A stretch of 64,000 bases of DNA from Podarcis erhardii (Eukaryota), in NCBI GenBank assembly GCA_964252035.1, contig OZ176203.1. One strand, written 5' to 3'. The notes beneath the pieces are model-generated. The model did not search any database. It was not told where the DNA came from and saw only the letters and a list, made by a program, of their open reading frames with translations. How positions within the stretch are numbered: position 1 is the stretch's first letter; each line of letters opens with the position of its first letter. Both the position numbers and the translations under genes were made by a program. This document shows positions 10,706 to 23,120 of this stretch, piece after piece.

Positions 10706-11679
10706 TAGCCATATCAATGAATGTCAAATCAGCAGGTGCCAGTTTATTATGATATAACCTTTCTTGGGCCAGAGATCAGTTTTGCCACATGCCAGCTGAG
10801 AATATTTATATATATTTGTACATACATATATTTTTTATAATGGTGGTGGTGGTGATCTTAGAAGATCACATCCTGTGGACAAAAGTAGCATCGCCATTAA
10901 TTGTTATATGTGCAAAACCTACAAGATGTATATAACAAACTCGTCTTTTCTGTTAATGAGGTACTCTGCTTTCTCTGGCTGTGGCCAAATTGTAACTTTT
11001 TAAATAGAGCCCACAGCAATTCACACATAATGGTTCGTAGTTTCTTCCATAATTATAGTCTAGAATCTCACCACAATTTTAAAAAATCCCTTCTAAGCTC
11101 AGGTGGCAGTGGATCCAAAAAATATTTTTCCAGCTTGTGGTCTTTCTTGCTATAATGACAGTAGGGAAGAACATTTAGTGACCTGTATATCTGTCAAATT
11201 CAGATGCTGGGTGACAGCTAGAATCCCGTTTCTAATCTGCTATTTGGCTGCAACGATGTGACTTAGCTCTTCAACAAAAAGATCTCAGAAAAACTACCTT
11301 GGCTTAATCACACTGGTTTTTTTATGTTGTGTTGCAGGGAAAACAAATTCTCAGAAGATTTTAAAGGGAGCAATGATAAGGTTCCCCGGGATTCAGACTC
11401 TGATCTGAACATTCAGGTTTCTCAAAGGGTCAAAGTCTTTGTTTCACTATATCAGTGGTGTAATGGTGAATTTGGGATTACCGGAGCTCCTCGTGGCAGC
11501 CTCCATAACCATGTCTGCAAGGAAAGTTCAAAAATGCAGGCAGCTATGCCCATCTACAATCACACACACACCAAAGAGTGACATACAATTTAAAAGCATC
11601 AACATGACTTCAGTCCTATAACTTCAAGCTCCACTGAATTCTGTAGGGCTTCATTCTGAGTGCATAGGTTTAAACACAT

Positions 11680-12060
11680 GGAACTTCAATCCCCAACATA
11701 GAAACATACTGTATTACATCACCAATCAAGTATGCCACATAATTCCATATATACTGGAAGACAAGACAAAACAATGGGTACACCTGGAGAGGGACACAAT
11801 TGAAAATACCTGCACCACAACATACCCATTCCTCCCAAACAAACTAAGGAAAATTCCTACAGCACTAAAAAGGTTCACACAGCCCATGCTTAAGGCATGG
11901 AAAGCAGAAATAGGTAAACTGTCCCCAACCCCATCCCCACTAATTCCCCTGGCACATTATTGCATCACGCAGCACAAAACCTCCAGATAAAAACCTGGCA
12001 AACCAAAGGCTTATACCGCCTAACAGACTTCTCCATGGAACTTCAGCACAAGATTCTCTG
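11680..12060 (+). mobile_element. Old L1 ORF2 fragment (post-RT region)
   Basis: Manual translation gives KQWVHLERDTIENTCTTTYPFLPNKLRKIPTALKRFTQPMLKAWKAEIGKLSPTPSPLIPL, then after a frameshift NLQIKTWQTKGLYRLTDF. These are typical L1 motifs. Confidence 0.65.
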
Positions 12061-12075
12061 TCAGCTAAAATGCTA

Positions 12076-12240
12076 GTAATAATAATAATTTTTATTTATA
12101 CCCCACCCTCCCCAGCCAAGGCCGGGCTCAGGGCGGCTAACAAGCAATAATAAAAACAAGTTGAATGAATACAACTTTAAAACAAGATTAAAATACAACA
12201 TTAAAATATTAAAATGCAGCCTCATCACAGGAGGATGAAA
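12076..12240 (-). mobile_element. L2-type 3' tail fragment
   Basis: TTTATTTATACCCCACCCTCCCAGCCAAGGCCGGGCTCAGGGCGGCTAACA. Same family as 57190-57387. Confidence 0.65.
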
Positions 12241-12707
12241 GCTTCTCATTAGAAATGGCAGCCGTGATTGCAAAGTGTTAGCATTTAAACTGCTAGCAAG
12301 GAGTAGGAACCCCATCAAAGAAAAGGAAGCCAGCCTCCAGCCTCTGCCAGATTATTTTCCTCCCGATTTCTTCCATATGATAATCTGCCACACACAAAAA
12401 ACTTGGGATCCTCATGATCACCTCATTCCCTTGCCACAGCTTTCCTATCACCTTTCCCTGATGCTCTGGCTTATGGCAGGTCACACACGCTTTGAAAAAG
12501 TCCTGGAAGGTGCTCCCTTGCATTCTCCCTTCACAGCACCAAAGGGTTTAACCTTTCCCTCTGCAGCCACCGGGATTTATCACCCTAAAGCTAATTGCAC
12601 CCTGAGGAGGGAATGGTTTGTGTTGGGTTTTTCTTTGATATAGATACTGATCTGTTGCAACTCAAAAACTAGTTCTGAAAATATTTCCTCAGTCTAATGC
12701 AGAAATG

Positions 12708-12708
<1 letters not shown>

Positions 12709-12741
<33 letters not shown>
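12709..12741. repeat. (ATT)n microsatellite
   Basis: Direct reading. Confidence 0.97.
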
Positions 12742-12801
12742 TCTGCGCAGATTCACTAGAGTTGTTCAAAACATTCAGAAGTTTGTTTAGAACTGAGTGC
12801 A

Positions 12802-12805
<4 letters not shown>

Positions 12806-12854
<49 letters not shown>
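12806..12854. repeat. (TG)n microsatellite
   Basis: Direct reading. Confidence 0.98.
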
Positions 12855-12855
<1 letters not shown>

Positions 12856-13549
12856 CACTAACCCATTTTTATATCCTGCCAGCTAGCCTAGGGGCAGACT
12901 CTCATGGTAGCTCAAAAGAATAAAAAGCTAAAAATACAGATACAATAGAATCTACTTTCTTCTCTTAAAATGCAGAGGAAAACAAGCCAAATGACTCAAC
13001 AACCCTAAGCAAATTTGCTGCGCATATCAGATGGATAATACATTGCGACATGGGGCACACAATAGTTACGCTTCTGTATCACACAGTGTTTATTCTTTCA
13101 TTGTGTTTGTGTTTTGGTTGCTACCCATTTCATGGTAATCCTACAACAAAAGCAAATTTAAGAAACTGATTGGATGCCTTCCGCAGTATCTGTTTCGAAA
13201 CAGCTCAGTTCTGATTTCTTTGCATATTCCCACCATGAAAAAAAGCTTTCCTGGATATTGAGGCAAGAGGAATGAAACAACCATCTGTATTTATTTCTTC
13301 ATTCATTCATTTATAACTTTTCTATATCACCCTTCAACTGTAAAAATATCCACGGTGGTTTGCGGTCGCTCACAAAGCAGCAATAATATGCTCATACGCA
13401 GGAGAGACCAATTGAACTCTATTGACAAACTTCAGTCCATTGGTTTCTATTGGAGTTGAATGCAACACATATTTTTAAAATGAGAATCCATACATCCATT
13501 ATTTTGTTCAGCTGCCAATGAACAAAAGGTAGTTCACCTGGTAGTTTTC

Positions 13550-13560
13550 ATGTATGTATG

Positions 13561-13590
<30 letters not shown>
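13550..13590. repeat. (ATGT)n microsatellite
   Basis: Direct reading. Confidence 0.97.
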
Positions 13591-13594
<4 letters not shown>

Positions 13595-13871
13595 GACCTT
13601 GCCTTTCTCAAAAGGGTTGAGGTGGCGATAATAATCAGCAAGAAAACTAACTACAAAAGCTAAGGAGCATGAATGATGGGAGCTGTAGCCAATAACATCT
13701 GGAGAGTAGGGGAAGACCCGTCTAGAGGGCTGAGCCTTTGTGAATTTGGGGGGCTTAAGTGACAGCCAATCTAAGTGATTCCAGTTAAATATACCAGAGA
13801 ATCAGTGTTGTTCAAGAGGAGGGTGATGCATTGTGGGAAACCTGACCCAGGCTGATATTCTACTTCTTTGA

Positions 13872-13873
<2 letters not shown>

Positions 13874-13910
<37 letters not shown>
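13874..13910. repeat. (AC)n microsatellite
   Basis: Direct reading. Confidence 0.98.
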
Positions 13911-13912
<2 letters not shown>

Positions 13913-13937
13913 TTATGTTCAAGTACAGATGTGGCTA

Positions 13938-14275
13938 GGGACGCAGGTGGCACTGTGGGTTAAACCACAGAGCCTAGGACATGCCGAATCCCCGCGACAG
14001 GGTGAGCTCCTGTTGCTCGGTCCCTGCTCCTGCCAACCTAGCAGTTCGAAAGCATGTCAAAGTGCAAGTAGATAAATAGGTACTGATCCGACGGAAAGGT
14101 AAACAGAGTTTCTGTGCGCTGCTCTGGTTTGTCAGAAGCGGCTTAGTCATGCTGGCCGCATGACCCGGAAGCTGTACGCTGGCTCCCTCGGCCAATAAAG
14201 CGAGATGAGCGCTGCAGTCCCAGAGTCGGTCACGACTGGACCTAATGGTCAGGGGTCCCTTTACTTTTACATTTT
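13938..14275 (+). mobile_element. Sauria SINE with a deletion in the tRNA head
   Basis: Same body as 6370-6706 but lacks most of the segment upstream of the B box (TCAGAAGGTCGGCGGTT). TSD TACAGATGTGGCTA(GG) at 13924 and 14276. Confidence 0.92.
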
Positions 14276-14751
14276 TACAGATGTGGCTAGGCATAATGAA
14301 ACTGAGGGAGACCAGGAAACTGGAAGTCACTAGTAAGCTTAGTGGTAATAGCTACAGCCCTCACTGCTGTATCCACCCACTTCAACTAAAGCTGAATTCT
14401 CTTCCTGCCTTCTATTCTTGGCTGTGGCTCTCTCGGCCTCAGTTTCTAAACCTGTAATTTGGGGATAATTCATACCTGGAGGGAGGACGTGTGTGCGCGT
14501 TCTAATGAATCAGCATTTATGAAAGGCTCTTTTTGTTAGGATAGTAGACACCCTATAAATACTATTATTATAAAGGGTTTGGGTGTTTAGATTGGATGCA
14601 TATCTACAGAACCCAACAGATACATTTTCATTGTTCACCAGGAACAATGCTTAATTAAAAGTTACTGCCCTGTTGGTGCTCTCAAGGAACTTTGAAGACC
14701 TGTTAAATTACCTCATTAAACATGAGGATGTTAAATAAAGTAAACCCAGTA

Positions 14752-14960
14752 CAGTGGTACCTCGGGTTACATACGCTTCAGGTTACAGACTCTACTAACC
14801 CAGAAATAGTACCTCGGGTTAAGAACTTTGCTTCAGGATGAGAACAGAAATCGTGCTCTGGCGGTGCAGCGGCAGCAAGAGGCCCCATTAGCTAAAGTGG
14901 TGCTTCAGGTCAAGAATGGACCTCCGGAACGAATTAAGTTCTTAACCCGAGGTACCACTG
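14752..14960. mobile_element. Tc1/mariner MITE (CAGTGGTACCTCGGGTTA family)
   Basis: TIRs CAGTGGTACCTCGGGTTA / TAACCCGAGGTACCACTG with TA TSDs. Same family as 54043-54284. Confidence 0.9.
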
Positions 14961-15048
14961 TACATGTGTCCTATCCTGTATCAGAGGATTGATCCCATGG
15001 TCCCCCTGGTGCTATTTACTTCGGCTGCTAAAGCTAGTTGATCAGTGG

Positions 15049-15670
15049 AAGAACATAATAATTTAAGACGAACCCTGCAGGATCACACCTCACAACATCA
15101 AGTAAAGCATCCTGTTCTCTCACGGTAGCCAACCAGATGCCTATGGGAAGCCTACAAACAAGACCCAAATATAATAGCACTCTCCCCACTTGTGATTCCC
15201 AGCAACTGGGAATATCGTACTTCCAGAGGCCTCCAACAGTGGAGGTAGAACATTGCCATCATGGCTGGAAGCCTTATCCTCCAGGAATTTGTCTAATTCT
15301 CTTTTAAAGCCATCCATTACTACGTCTTATGGTAGCAAATTCCACAGTTTACTTCCTTTGGTCAGTGCTGAGACTCCCCATCCTCCATTCTTCAGCTTCA
15401 TTATGTGGTCCCAAGTTCTTACTATTATGAGAGAGGGAGAAAAACTCTTGGTCCACCTCCTTCAAATTTATCTATTGTGTTTCCCCTCACTCTCTTTTGT
15501 TTCTAAACTAAACAGCCCCTTCATTGGAGGCTGGTCACTTGGGTTGCCCCTTTTCTGAACCTTTTCCGGCTCTACAATATCCTTTTCGACGTGAGGAAAC
15601 CCAAAATGCACAGCCATTCCAAATCTGGTTGCACCACAGATCAGAATACCAGCATTATGGCCGTGGCACA
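15049..15670 (-). mobile_element. CR1 LINE 3' portion
   Basis: Minus-strand peptide DIVEPEKVQKR (CR1 DIxxLExVQRRA). AAGAACATAA tail and typical CR1 3'UTR motifs. Confidence 0.8.
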
Positions 15671-15887
15671 TGCTTTATTTTAATTGTTTTTTTACCCATT
15701 TAACAATACTTCTATGCTGCTTAATCAACAACAGCTTCTAAGCGGTTTACATAAAACTATATAAAATAGTCAATATTAAGATACCAACAAAATCAAACTT
15801 TTTTTTTTAAGTAGGCATAATACTTTGCTTGCACAAGGCCCCAAGCCCAATCCCTGATATCTACAAGCAGGGCTGGGATTGGGAATG

Positions 15888-16739
15888 ACCACTCCCCGCT
15901 TAAAACGGGGGGCGCCCTTTGCGTGGACGCGTGCAGCCCCTAGATCTGGAGCGGCTCCAACAGCATAGGCTTGGCTTTGCCTTCCCTCAGGTGGGATACC
16001 TGAAGGTCTCCGCCTACCTCAGTCAGTTGTCCAATCCCACCTGGGGGAAGCGTTGCCAAGGAGACCAGGCCAGGTAGGGGAGGGATTACCTGCCCACACA
16101 ATAGAGGGAGGATCTTACCTGGGAATCCTCACTTGGCTCCAGAGCTTCTCCCACCCTACCCACCCTCAGTTAATGCCTTATTTTGCAGGTTAACTTTTCT
16201 TCACAGGTTTTGCAGGTTAACTTTTCTTCACAGGTATGCAGGCGCTGCTACGTTAAGGTTGCTGTTAAAGGGCCGGAAAGGAATTTCCCTGCATTGGCAG
16301 GTTTTGCCTTTCCCGTAGCAAAACGTCATAACTTTGGCGGTATCAGGCCTTGGGCGGAATCCTTTGTCCATCTTCCTCTTTGCGGCGGCGATACCAGGGT
16401 TCCCCATTAAAGGGGTTTCTGAAGGGAGGCTTTGACCGTACGCCGAAAGGTCGTCATTGCTCTCCCCTGCGGCGGCGGCGTAACGGGGGCGGCTATCTCT
16501 GCTTGAACATATGTTTTCCAGAGCCGGCCCATCCCCCCCCACACTGGATAACCCTGATGCTCCCTCGGTCCCCGGCTGAGGACTGGGGAGGGAGAACGCC
16601 CAGTGCCTGAGCCAAGGTCTACCCACATTTGAAATTTAATAAAGTTGTGGCCAATTTAATCCCATAGCACGTTGTCTTGAGTCGTTATTCCACATGACAG
16701 GGGGACCGCGTGGGATCTGGGGACTCCGCCTGTCCACGC
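15888..16739 (+). mobile_element. GC/CpG-rich LTR-like or DIRS/Ngaro-like non-coding element (~850 bp)
   Basis: Flanked by AATG direct repeats (15884-87, 16740-43). Inverted repeat TTGCGTGGAC/GTCCACGCAA (15919-28, 16732-41). AATAAA about 100 bp from the 3' end. No recognisable ORF. Confidence 0.55.
16181..16234. repeat. Exact 27-bp tandem duplication
   Basis: TTTTGCAGGTTAACTTTTCTTCACAGG x2. Confidence 0.95.
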
Positions 16740-17930
16740 AATGCCCTCTGTTGGAAACTTTGGTCAGCTGCAGCCAATTAAGGTAGCGGCCAGGACTGAA
16801 CTAGACAGGCCAGTGATCTGACTCAAATAAGAGAGCTCCTTGTATTCCTGTGGTCCCCCAAGGCCTTGAGCAGACCTTTCCCAGTCTGATACCTGGAGAC
16901 ACCAGGGACTGTATCAGAGATCTTAGACATCACAACCATGAGCAATGAACCTCCATGGTTTTTATGGTACAGGCAATCAGCATATTGGATCTGAGCCCAA
17001 AATAACATGTATAAAACCTGGTGGAAGGCACCTTGAGTTAAACATTGGCAGAACTCCAAACTATCCGAGATTTACAAGCCACATGGCACCAGGTGATCCT
17101 ATGGCATCCTGGACATCCAACATGGGAGATCACTGGCTCAGCTTGGATGGTGTAGCCTGGATGGAGGAAGGCTCTGCAAAAGCCTACCAGGGCCAGCGCT
17201 ATCTATTCCTGCATTTCTGATCATGCGCCATGGCATTAGACAAGGAGCATTGAAAGCTCCTCTGGGAACATCCTCCAAGAAGGTGGATTAATCACCAAAT
17301 CTCCTTGCTCTCAGGGTTGCATTTTGCATGGACTTGATCTTCTCATTTGTCTTTGGATAAAGTCTAAGAAACAAAATCAAAGCCTACTTAAACAGATAGT
17401 GCTGATTTGAGAGCAGGACATATTTTCGAAGTGATGATTAATGTAAGGTTTTAAGTAGCGTTTCTAATCCCGCTGGGAATAATGGATGCCACTTTCTTTG
17501 GCAACGGTGCAAGTGCAATTAAAAATGCTTGATTTACAACCTTAGCTTCATACGTGAGCATTTGAGAAGACACAGATTTGGAACATTACCCGTTAAAAAA
17601 TGTGGTAGTCACTACTCACTGTATACCATTTTTATAGAAGTAAAGGGAGATGTTGTCATGCAAGCTTCCTTGAAGAAATGGGAGCCATGCAGGAAAAGGA
17701 TGAAGGAGTCTGATGGCAGGAGGCGCTAAGCAGAAATGAAGACATTCAGCAGAAGCAAAATATGCTCCATAAGAGAAATTGTGGCAAGTCGTTGGCAGGA
17801 ATGATGAGCCAACATTGCCTGCCTGAGAGAACACTGCCTCCCATTCTATACACGCTTCCTGGCAGGGCAACAGAAGCTAACAAGAGAAGATTGCAGAATG
17901 TATTCGAGTTTCTACAGAACCTGAAGGAGA

Positions 17931-18085
17931 AGGGACTCAGTTCAGTGGTAGAACACATTCTTGCCACACAGGAAGACTCAAATTCAATCTCTGGTGTCTC
18001 AAGCAGGACTGGAGAAAGCTTCTGTCTGAAACTCTGGAGAATCGCTGTCAATCAACGCTGAGCTTGATGGAGTCAAGTATATCCC
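17931..18085 (+). mobile_element. Degenerate tRNA-derived SINE
   Basis: Box A-like TCAGTGGTAGAAC, box B-like AATTCAATCTCTGG, and body CTGTCTGAAACTCTGGAGA. Confidence 0.6.
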
Positions 18086-18121
18086 TTTGATTAGAGCTCT
18101 TATTCATCTCATCAGCTTCTT

Positions 18122-18500
18122 GTTGTTGTTTAGTCGTTTAGTCGTGTCTGACTCTTCGTGACCCCATGTACCAGAGCACGCCAGGCACTCCTGTCTTCCA
18201 CTGCCTCCCGCAGTTTGGTCAAACTCATGCTGGTAGCTTTGAGAACACTGTCCAACCATCTCGTCCTCTGTCGTCCTCTTCTCCTTGTGCCCCCCATCTA
18301 AAACGACAAAGTATTGGAGCCTCAGCTTCAGGATCTGTCCTTCCAGTCAGCACTCGGGGCTGATTTCCTTCAGAATGGAGAGGTTTGATCTTCTTGCAGT
18401 CCATGGGAGTCTCAAGAGTCTCCTCCAGCACCAGAATTCAAAAGCATCAATTCTTCGGCGATCAGCTTTTTTTATGGTCCAGCTCTCACTTCCGTACATC
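18122..18500 (-). mobile_element. BovB (RTE clade) LINE 3' end, 5'-truncated
   Basis: GTTGTTGTTTAGTCGTTTAGTCGTGTC...CCAGCACCAGAATTCAAAAGCATCAATTCTTCGGCG. Minus-strand peptide MLEETLETPMDCKKIK. TSD CATCAGCTTCTT at 18110-18121 and 18501-18512. Confidence 0.88.
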
Positions 18501-18515
18501 CATCAGCTTCTTACC

Positions 18516-18644
18516 CAGTGCTTTTTTAAGGGGGTACTCAAGGTACGCAGTGGCGGCACATCTTTTGGTTGTTGAAAAGTGTGGCACTTACTGTAACAAC
18601 TTCATGGTGAGTTCCTGCACCTATTTTTTGGGGAGATAGCACTG
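18516..18644. mobile_element. hAT MITE (~130 bp)
   Basis: Ends CAGTGCTTTTT / AGATAGCACTG. Degenerate 8-bp TSD TTCTTACC/TTCGAACC. Shares CATGGTGAGTTC...TATTTTT with 40894-41023. Confidence 0.7.
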
Positions 18645-21600
18645 TTCGAACCTATTTGTCTCCTTCTCCTATTACCAAGATGAGGAAACCATCATGCCTG
18701 AACACTGGTCATGCTGGCTGGATGGCAGCTGGAGCCCAGTAACTTCTGGTGGGCCACATGTTCCTCATTCTTGCTGAGTTGCCACCTTTGCACTTTCTGC
18801 CATGTCCTGCCATGTCCTGTGCCTGAAATAGTTTCACTCTGCTTACTCCTCTAGTCTTTATTTTATCTAGTTCACAGGCCCCATATACTATGTAAGAGTT
18901 GGGTGTGTGCTTCCCTCCTGCTTGCTGTTGGATTCCAACTGACATCAACCCCAGTCAACATTCAAAAGCAACAATTGATGCTTTTGAATTGGCCAATGAT
19001 TGGACTCTAGCAACAGCCACAGAATCACTGTTTCCCCATGCCCTTGTCTTATAGGACGTTTGCCGAACAACGTTGGCTACTCCTGCTATGCAAAATGGCA
19101 CCATTAAGTTTGCAGCAATAAGATTGAAATTATTGGTTTCCGCAGGGAAACCCAAATCGACCCATGGTTTTTTCCCCCCGATCTGTGATATTAAACAAGG
19201 AAGGAACATTTCACGATCAGGTTAGAAGGTTTATAACAGCTGCATAGTTCTAAAGTACAAAGCATAAAAACAATTCTTTTTAGAAAATTAATGTTTTAAA
19301 GATGCCTGCACAAATTACAGTAGTTGTTTATGTTAGCTCTCCACTTTGCATTCTGTCTCCAAGAGAGCTATGAAAATCAAACAATCCCTACAGGATTCCT
19401 CATGTTAAATATTTTTTGCATAAACAAGGCAGAAGATTTGATTATGACTACAGTTTTCCAAGATACACAGCTTTTGAAGGGAAATGCTTCCCCCTGGAAT
19501 ACGTTCTTTCATTTTGTTTTATTAACTTTTTCCCCCTGATCCAAACAATAAGAATTTGCTTTTCAAGAAAATGGTGCATGTAATCATAAAAAACATTCCA
19601 CTCACGTACCATGTGTTTTAAAATAAAGCTTTTCTGTTTTGTGATAATAAGGAGAGAGATTAGAAATGAAAGCACATCTCTACAGGCAAATAGAAGGGAA
19701 ATATCAGAACGAGTTGCTAGTTATCAGCTGATACCAGATTACAATATTTGATGCTGTAAAGTTTATAAATGATGACTATAAAGGACAGCAGAATGAACAA
19801 CAGAGGAAACTTTAATTGAAAGCTGTGCCAATCTGTGGCTGCTGCAGATTTTGTTTCCTTACTCAATGTCGTCTATAGCCACTTCCCTAAAGCAACAACT
19901 GGTGGGACATTTTGCTCTTCCTACAATGAAGCACCATCATTACAAATGACCAGAGACTGCACAATTAAAAATCAACCAAACCAAAAAGGGTCATTCCCCA
20001 AGTTGCAGTAGTCACACTTTACGTTCAACAAGGTGAACAATGCATACCTGCATTGATCATCATTGTCTTTGTTTTGCATGCAAGCATCGTCTTAGATGAG
20101 GAACTGCCAACTCTTTCACATAGGAGGAAATGTATTTTCCATTAAAGTGCCAATGCAAAGGCAGTTTTTGCAGTAGTTAAAAAAGGGCTCCTCCCTAATT
20201 GATCAGGGACACTTTTTTTTTTTTTAAAGGTAATCAAAATGTTTTAAATCAATTAATCTAGTGGACTGATCAATGCAGTGGTAGCTGACATGGTGTTATT
20301 CAGATGTTGTTGGAGCCCAAATCCCAACACCCCTAACCAAATGACGTCTGTTGCAGAAGAAGTCACCATATTGCCTATCCCTGAACCAACTGACCAATGC
20401 AAAGTGAGCATATTTCAGTCAATGCTTATGCTATATTTTAAAAGCTGACATTCATAATTATTTGAAGTACTAAGGTATATGCTTTTAAAATCCAGCAGAC
20501 AGATTTCCCTTTCATGGAACATATCCTTGGAATGAAAAGGAACTGGCATAAACATCTAATCAGCTTGCCCATTTCTTTATATATATATATATATTTAATA
20601 AAAATACTCCATAGAGCATTTCTGCTAACAGTCATTATTGACCATAAAATTATGGGGGAAATTAAGGTTGACAGCAGAGCAGAAAATGCTACTCAATTAA
20701 GAATTTTCCATTAAATTGGTCAATACATTAATAAATTAAATGCAAAAGAATTGGCCATGATCCAATTGCAGATTTCAGCATGGGGGGTAACTAGGCACTT
20801 AACAGTACACCCTTACACCTGGCTACTCAGAAGACTCCAGCACCATTTTCTTCAGTGGGGTTTATTCTCAGGTGAATCTTAGATGCACAGGATTACAGTC
20901 TAAACCTTTGCCATTGCTACATATTACCAAAACCAGGCGCTTTTCACAAAAGATAACCTGACTTCCTAGAAGGAAAAGTAATATTTAATATTTCTTTTTC
21001 ATCTCTTATTGTAGCAATACACCAAAACAGATTCCAAAATAAAGCCGTAAAAGACAAACTTCTATGCTCTTAACTCTCAGTTTAACAGTAAAACCCAGCC
21101 TTAACTCTCATCTGCTATCAAATTAATCTAGCCACTATACAGGCAGCAGCCCCTGTAACGCTTCATTATGCTATAATACAAACCTATTTTATAATTACAG
21201 TTATAATACATATACATTCATTCGAGTATTAACATCATGCTTCCCTTTATCTGTGATGTGCATGTGTTTATTTTCATTCAAGTCAAAGGTCAGCTTCTGT
21301 TTCCTCTCACTCAAAGCACTTGAAGTATACTGGCCCCAATCCAAGGGAGCTCGTTGCACCAACCAGGGCTACGGGAGGAGCACAGCCCTATTTTAAAAAA
21401 CGGAATCCTGACTAGCAACTGTTCAGCGGGGGGCTAGATACAGCCCCCATTTCCAAACAGCTGATTGACAGGATTTCAGCGTTTAGTAAGAGCTACAGGC
21501 ATACAGCCCCCAACTGGACTGAGTTGGGGAATGGAAGGCACAACATTCATTGGCATGTACAATTTTCCATCCAATCACAGATATTTATACAAAAGCCTGC

Positions 21601-23009
21601 TTCTGCACACTCTGGCTGCATTGGAACAAGGGTTTGGCTCCTTATCCATATTAGCCACCTACTTTTCCAAAGTCATAAATACCTGCTTTAGTTGCAAGTG
21701 TCTGCAAACTGTGACCAAGTTGCTCCTCGGTTGTTTTCTTCCAAGCAAAAAGAGCAGAGCTTTTTCACCCTCTGCAGTAGCTCACATTTGGGCTCTCTAG
21801 CTGTTGCTGGACTACAACTCCCATAATCCCTAGTATCCAAGCCAGATGGGGCTGATGGAAATTTCAGTCTAACAACAGCTGAGCAACCTCTGCTTCAGAG
21901 ACTTGGAAGCAGCTGCAGAGCAACATTCAGCAAAACACAGTTTCCCCCCGTTATAGAAGCTAACCTCTATCTCCCTGTCTTTTTGCTACCCTCTTAGTTC
22001 ACCAACAATCTCTTGTGTTTGCCTGTCCTCCTGCCCACTTGCCTCTACAGCACAGCCTTTTGAATGAATTTCTCTGCACAGATCCATCCTGGCCTAGCAC
22101 TATTTCTGGGTTCACCCTACTGCGAATCTTCCCCAGGGCTCTTGTCATTCAAGGACACACTTCATCACCCTGCATGCTTGGCTACCTGTGGATCAGTGGT
22201 AAATGGAAAGTTCTCCACAATGTGTAAGAAACTCTCTTTCATGGGGCTAAGATATACATATCCCTTGGATTATTGGCCATTTAATCGAGCAAGCTTAACC
22301 TCTACCTTAATTCTAAACTGCATACTTCCAGTCGCTTCCAACATCATACAGAATGGACGCCACTATTTGCTAAGAGAGTCGATTTCCTTGAGAAAATGTT
22401 TTACCAACACCCACCAAGCTTTGAAATGAAACGCTGGACAGCAACTTTGCAAGTGATGTCCAAGTGTTAGGACTTTGTTCCGAATCAAATTTAAACAAAT
22501 AGCTGCTCCCCCCCCACCTCTGCTCCCCCTCCCAAATTCCTCAGCCAAGAGCTCCAGCAAAAAAAAAAAAAAAAAAAAGGAGAAAGGAAAAGGGGGGGTG
22601 AAAAAACAGTTCAAAGTAAGTTCAGACATTGCCGTTTGTGTCATCTAATTGTAATGTGTATTACAAATTAGGGAAGAGTTCCATTTTAATAAAGTTGTCT
22701 TTGCTGAAACAGGAAGCCATTGATTATCCTTGTGTGTACCTTATGATATATTTAGAGATCAGAACGGCCAAAGTTTTGAAAATGGAGAACAGCTGAATAA
22801 TGTCATTAAGACATAGGCCCTACTCTGACAGGATAATCCCACTGCCTTTGTTCCCCACCCCAACAAACACATGCTGCAGTTCTGAAATGTGTTAAAGGCA
22901 AGTGGAAACCTGAAGACACTGTCGAAAGCTCTTTTCCCAATCCCTTTGCAATCATTTCCTTGCTACTATGTGCACCTGAAAGACGCTGACTGCAAAAGTA
23001 TTAATGGTA

Positions 23010-23120
23010 GACAAGACTGAGGAACATGTCGCCCTCCAGATGTTTGGTGACATCTCCCATCAGCCCTAACCAACATGGGACATGGTCTGGGATGGTGGGT
23101 TATATAGTCCAGCAACATCA
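23010..23120. mobile_element. Small palindromic MITE of an abundant squamate family (CCAGATGTT...CTACAACTCCC...AACATCTGG)
   Basis: Quasi-palindrome. Related copies at about 8240, 13680, 21800, 26040, 36830, 44330 and 53593. Confidence 0.55.

Larger units (their letters stand above)
15820..16830 (+). mobile_element. tRNA-derived, CR1-tailed SINE split by the 15888-16739 insertion
   Basis: Left part ...CAATCCCTGATATCTACAAGCAGGGCTGGGATTGGGAATG and right part CCCTCTGTTGGAAACTTTGG...TGATCTGACTCAAATAAG join into one SINE like those at 17931 and 38500. Confidence 0.55.

Noticed and set aside
17762-18061. 99-aa ORF that looks helical and protein-like
   Set aside because: Its 3' half is a decayed tRNA-derived SINE (17931-18085).
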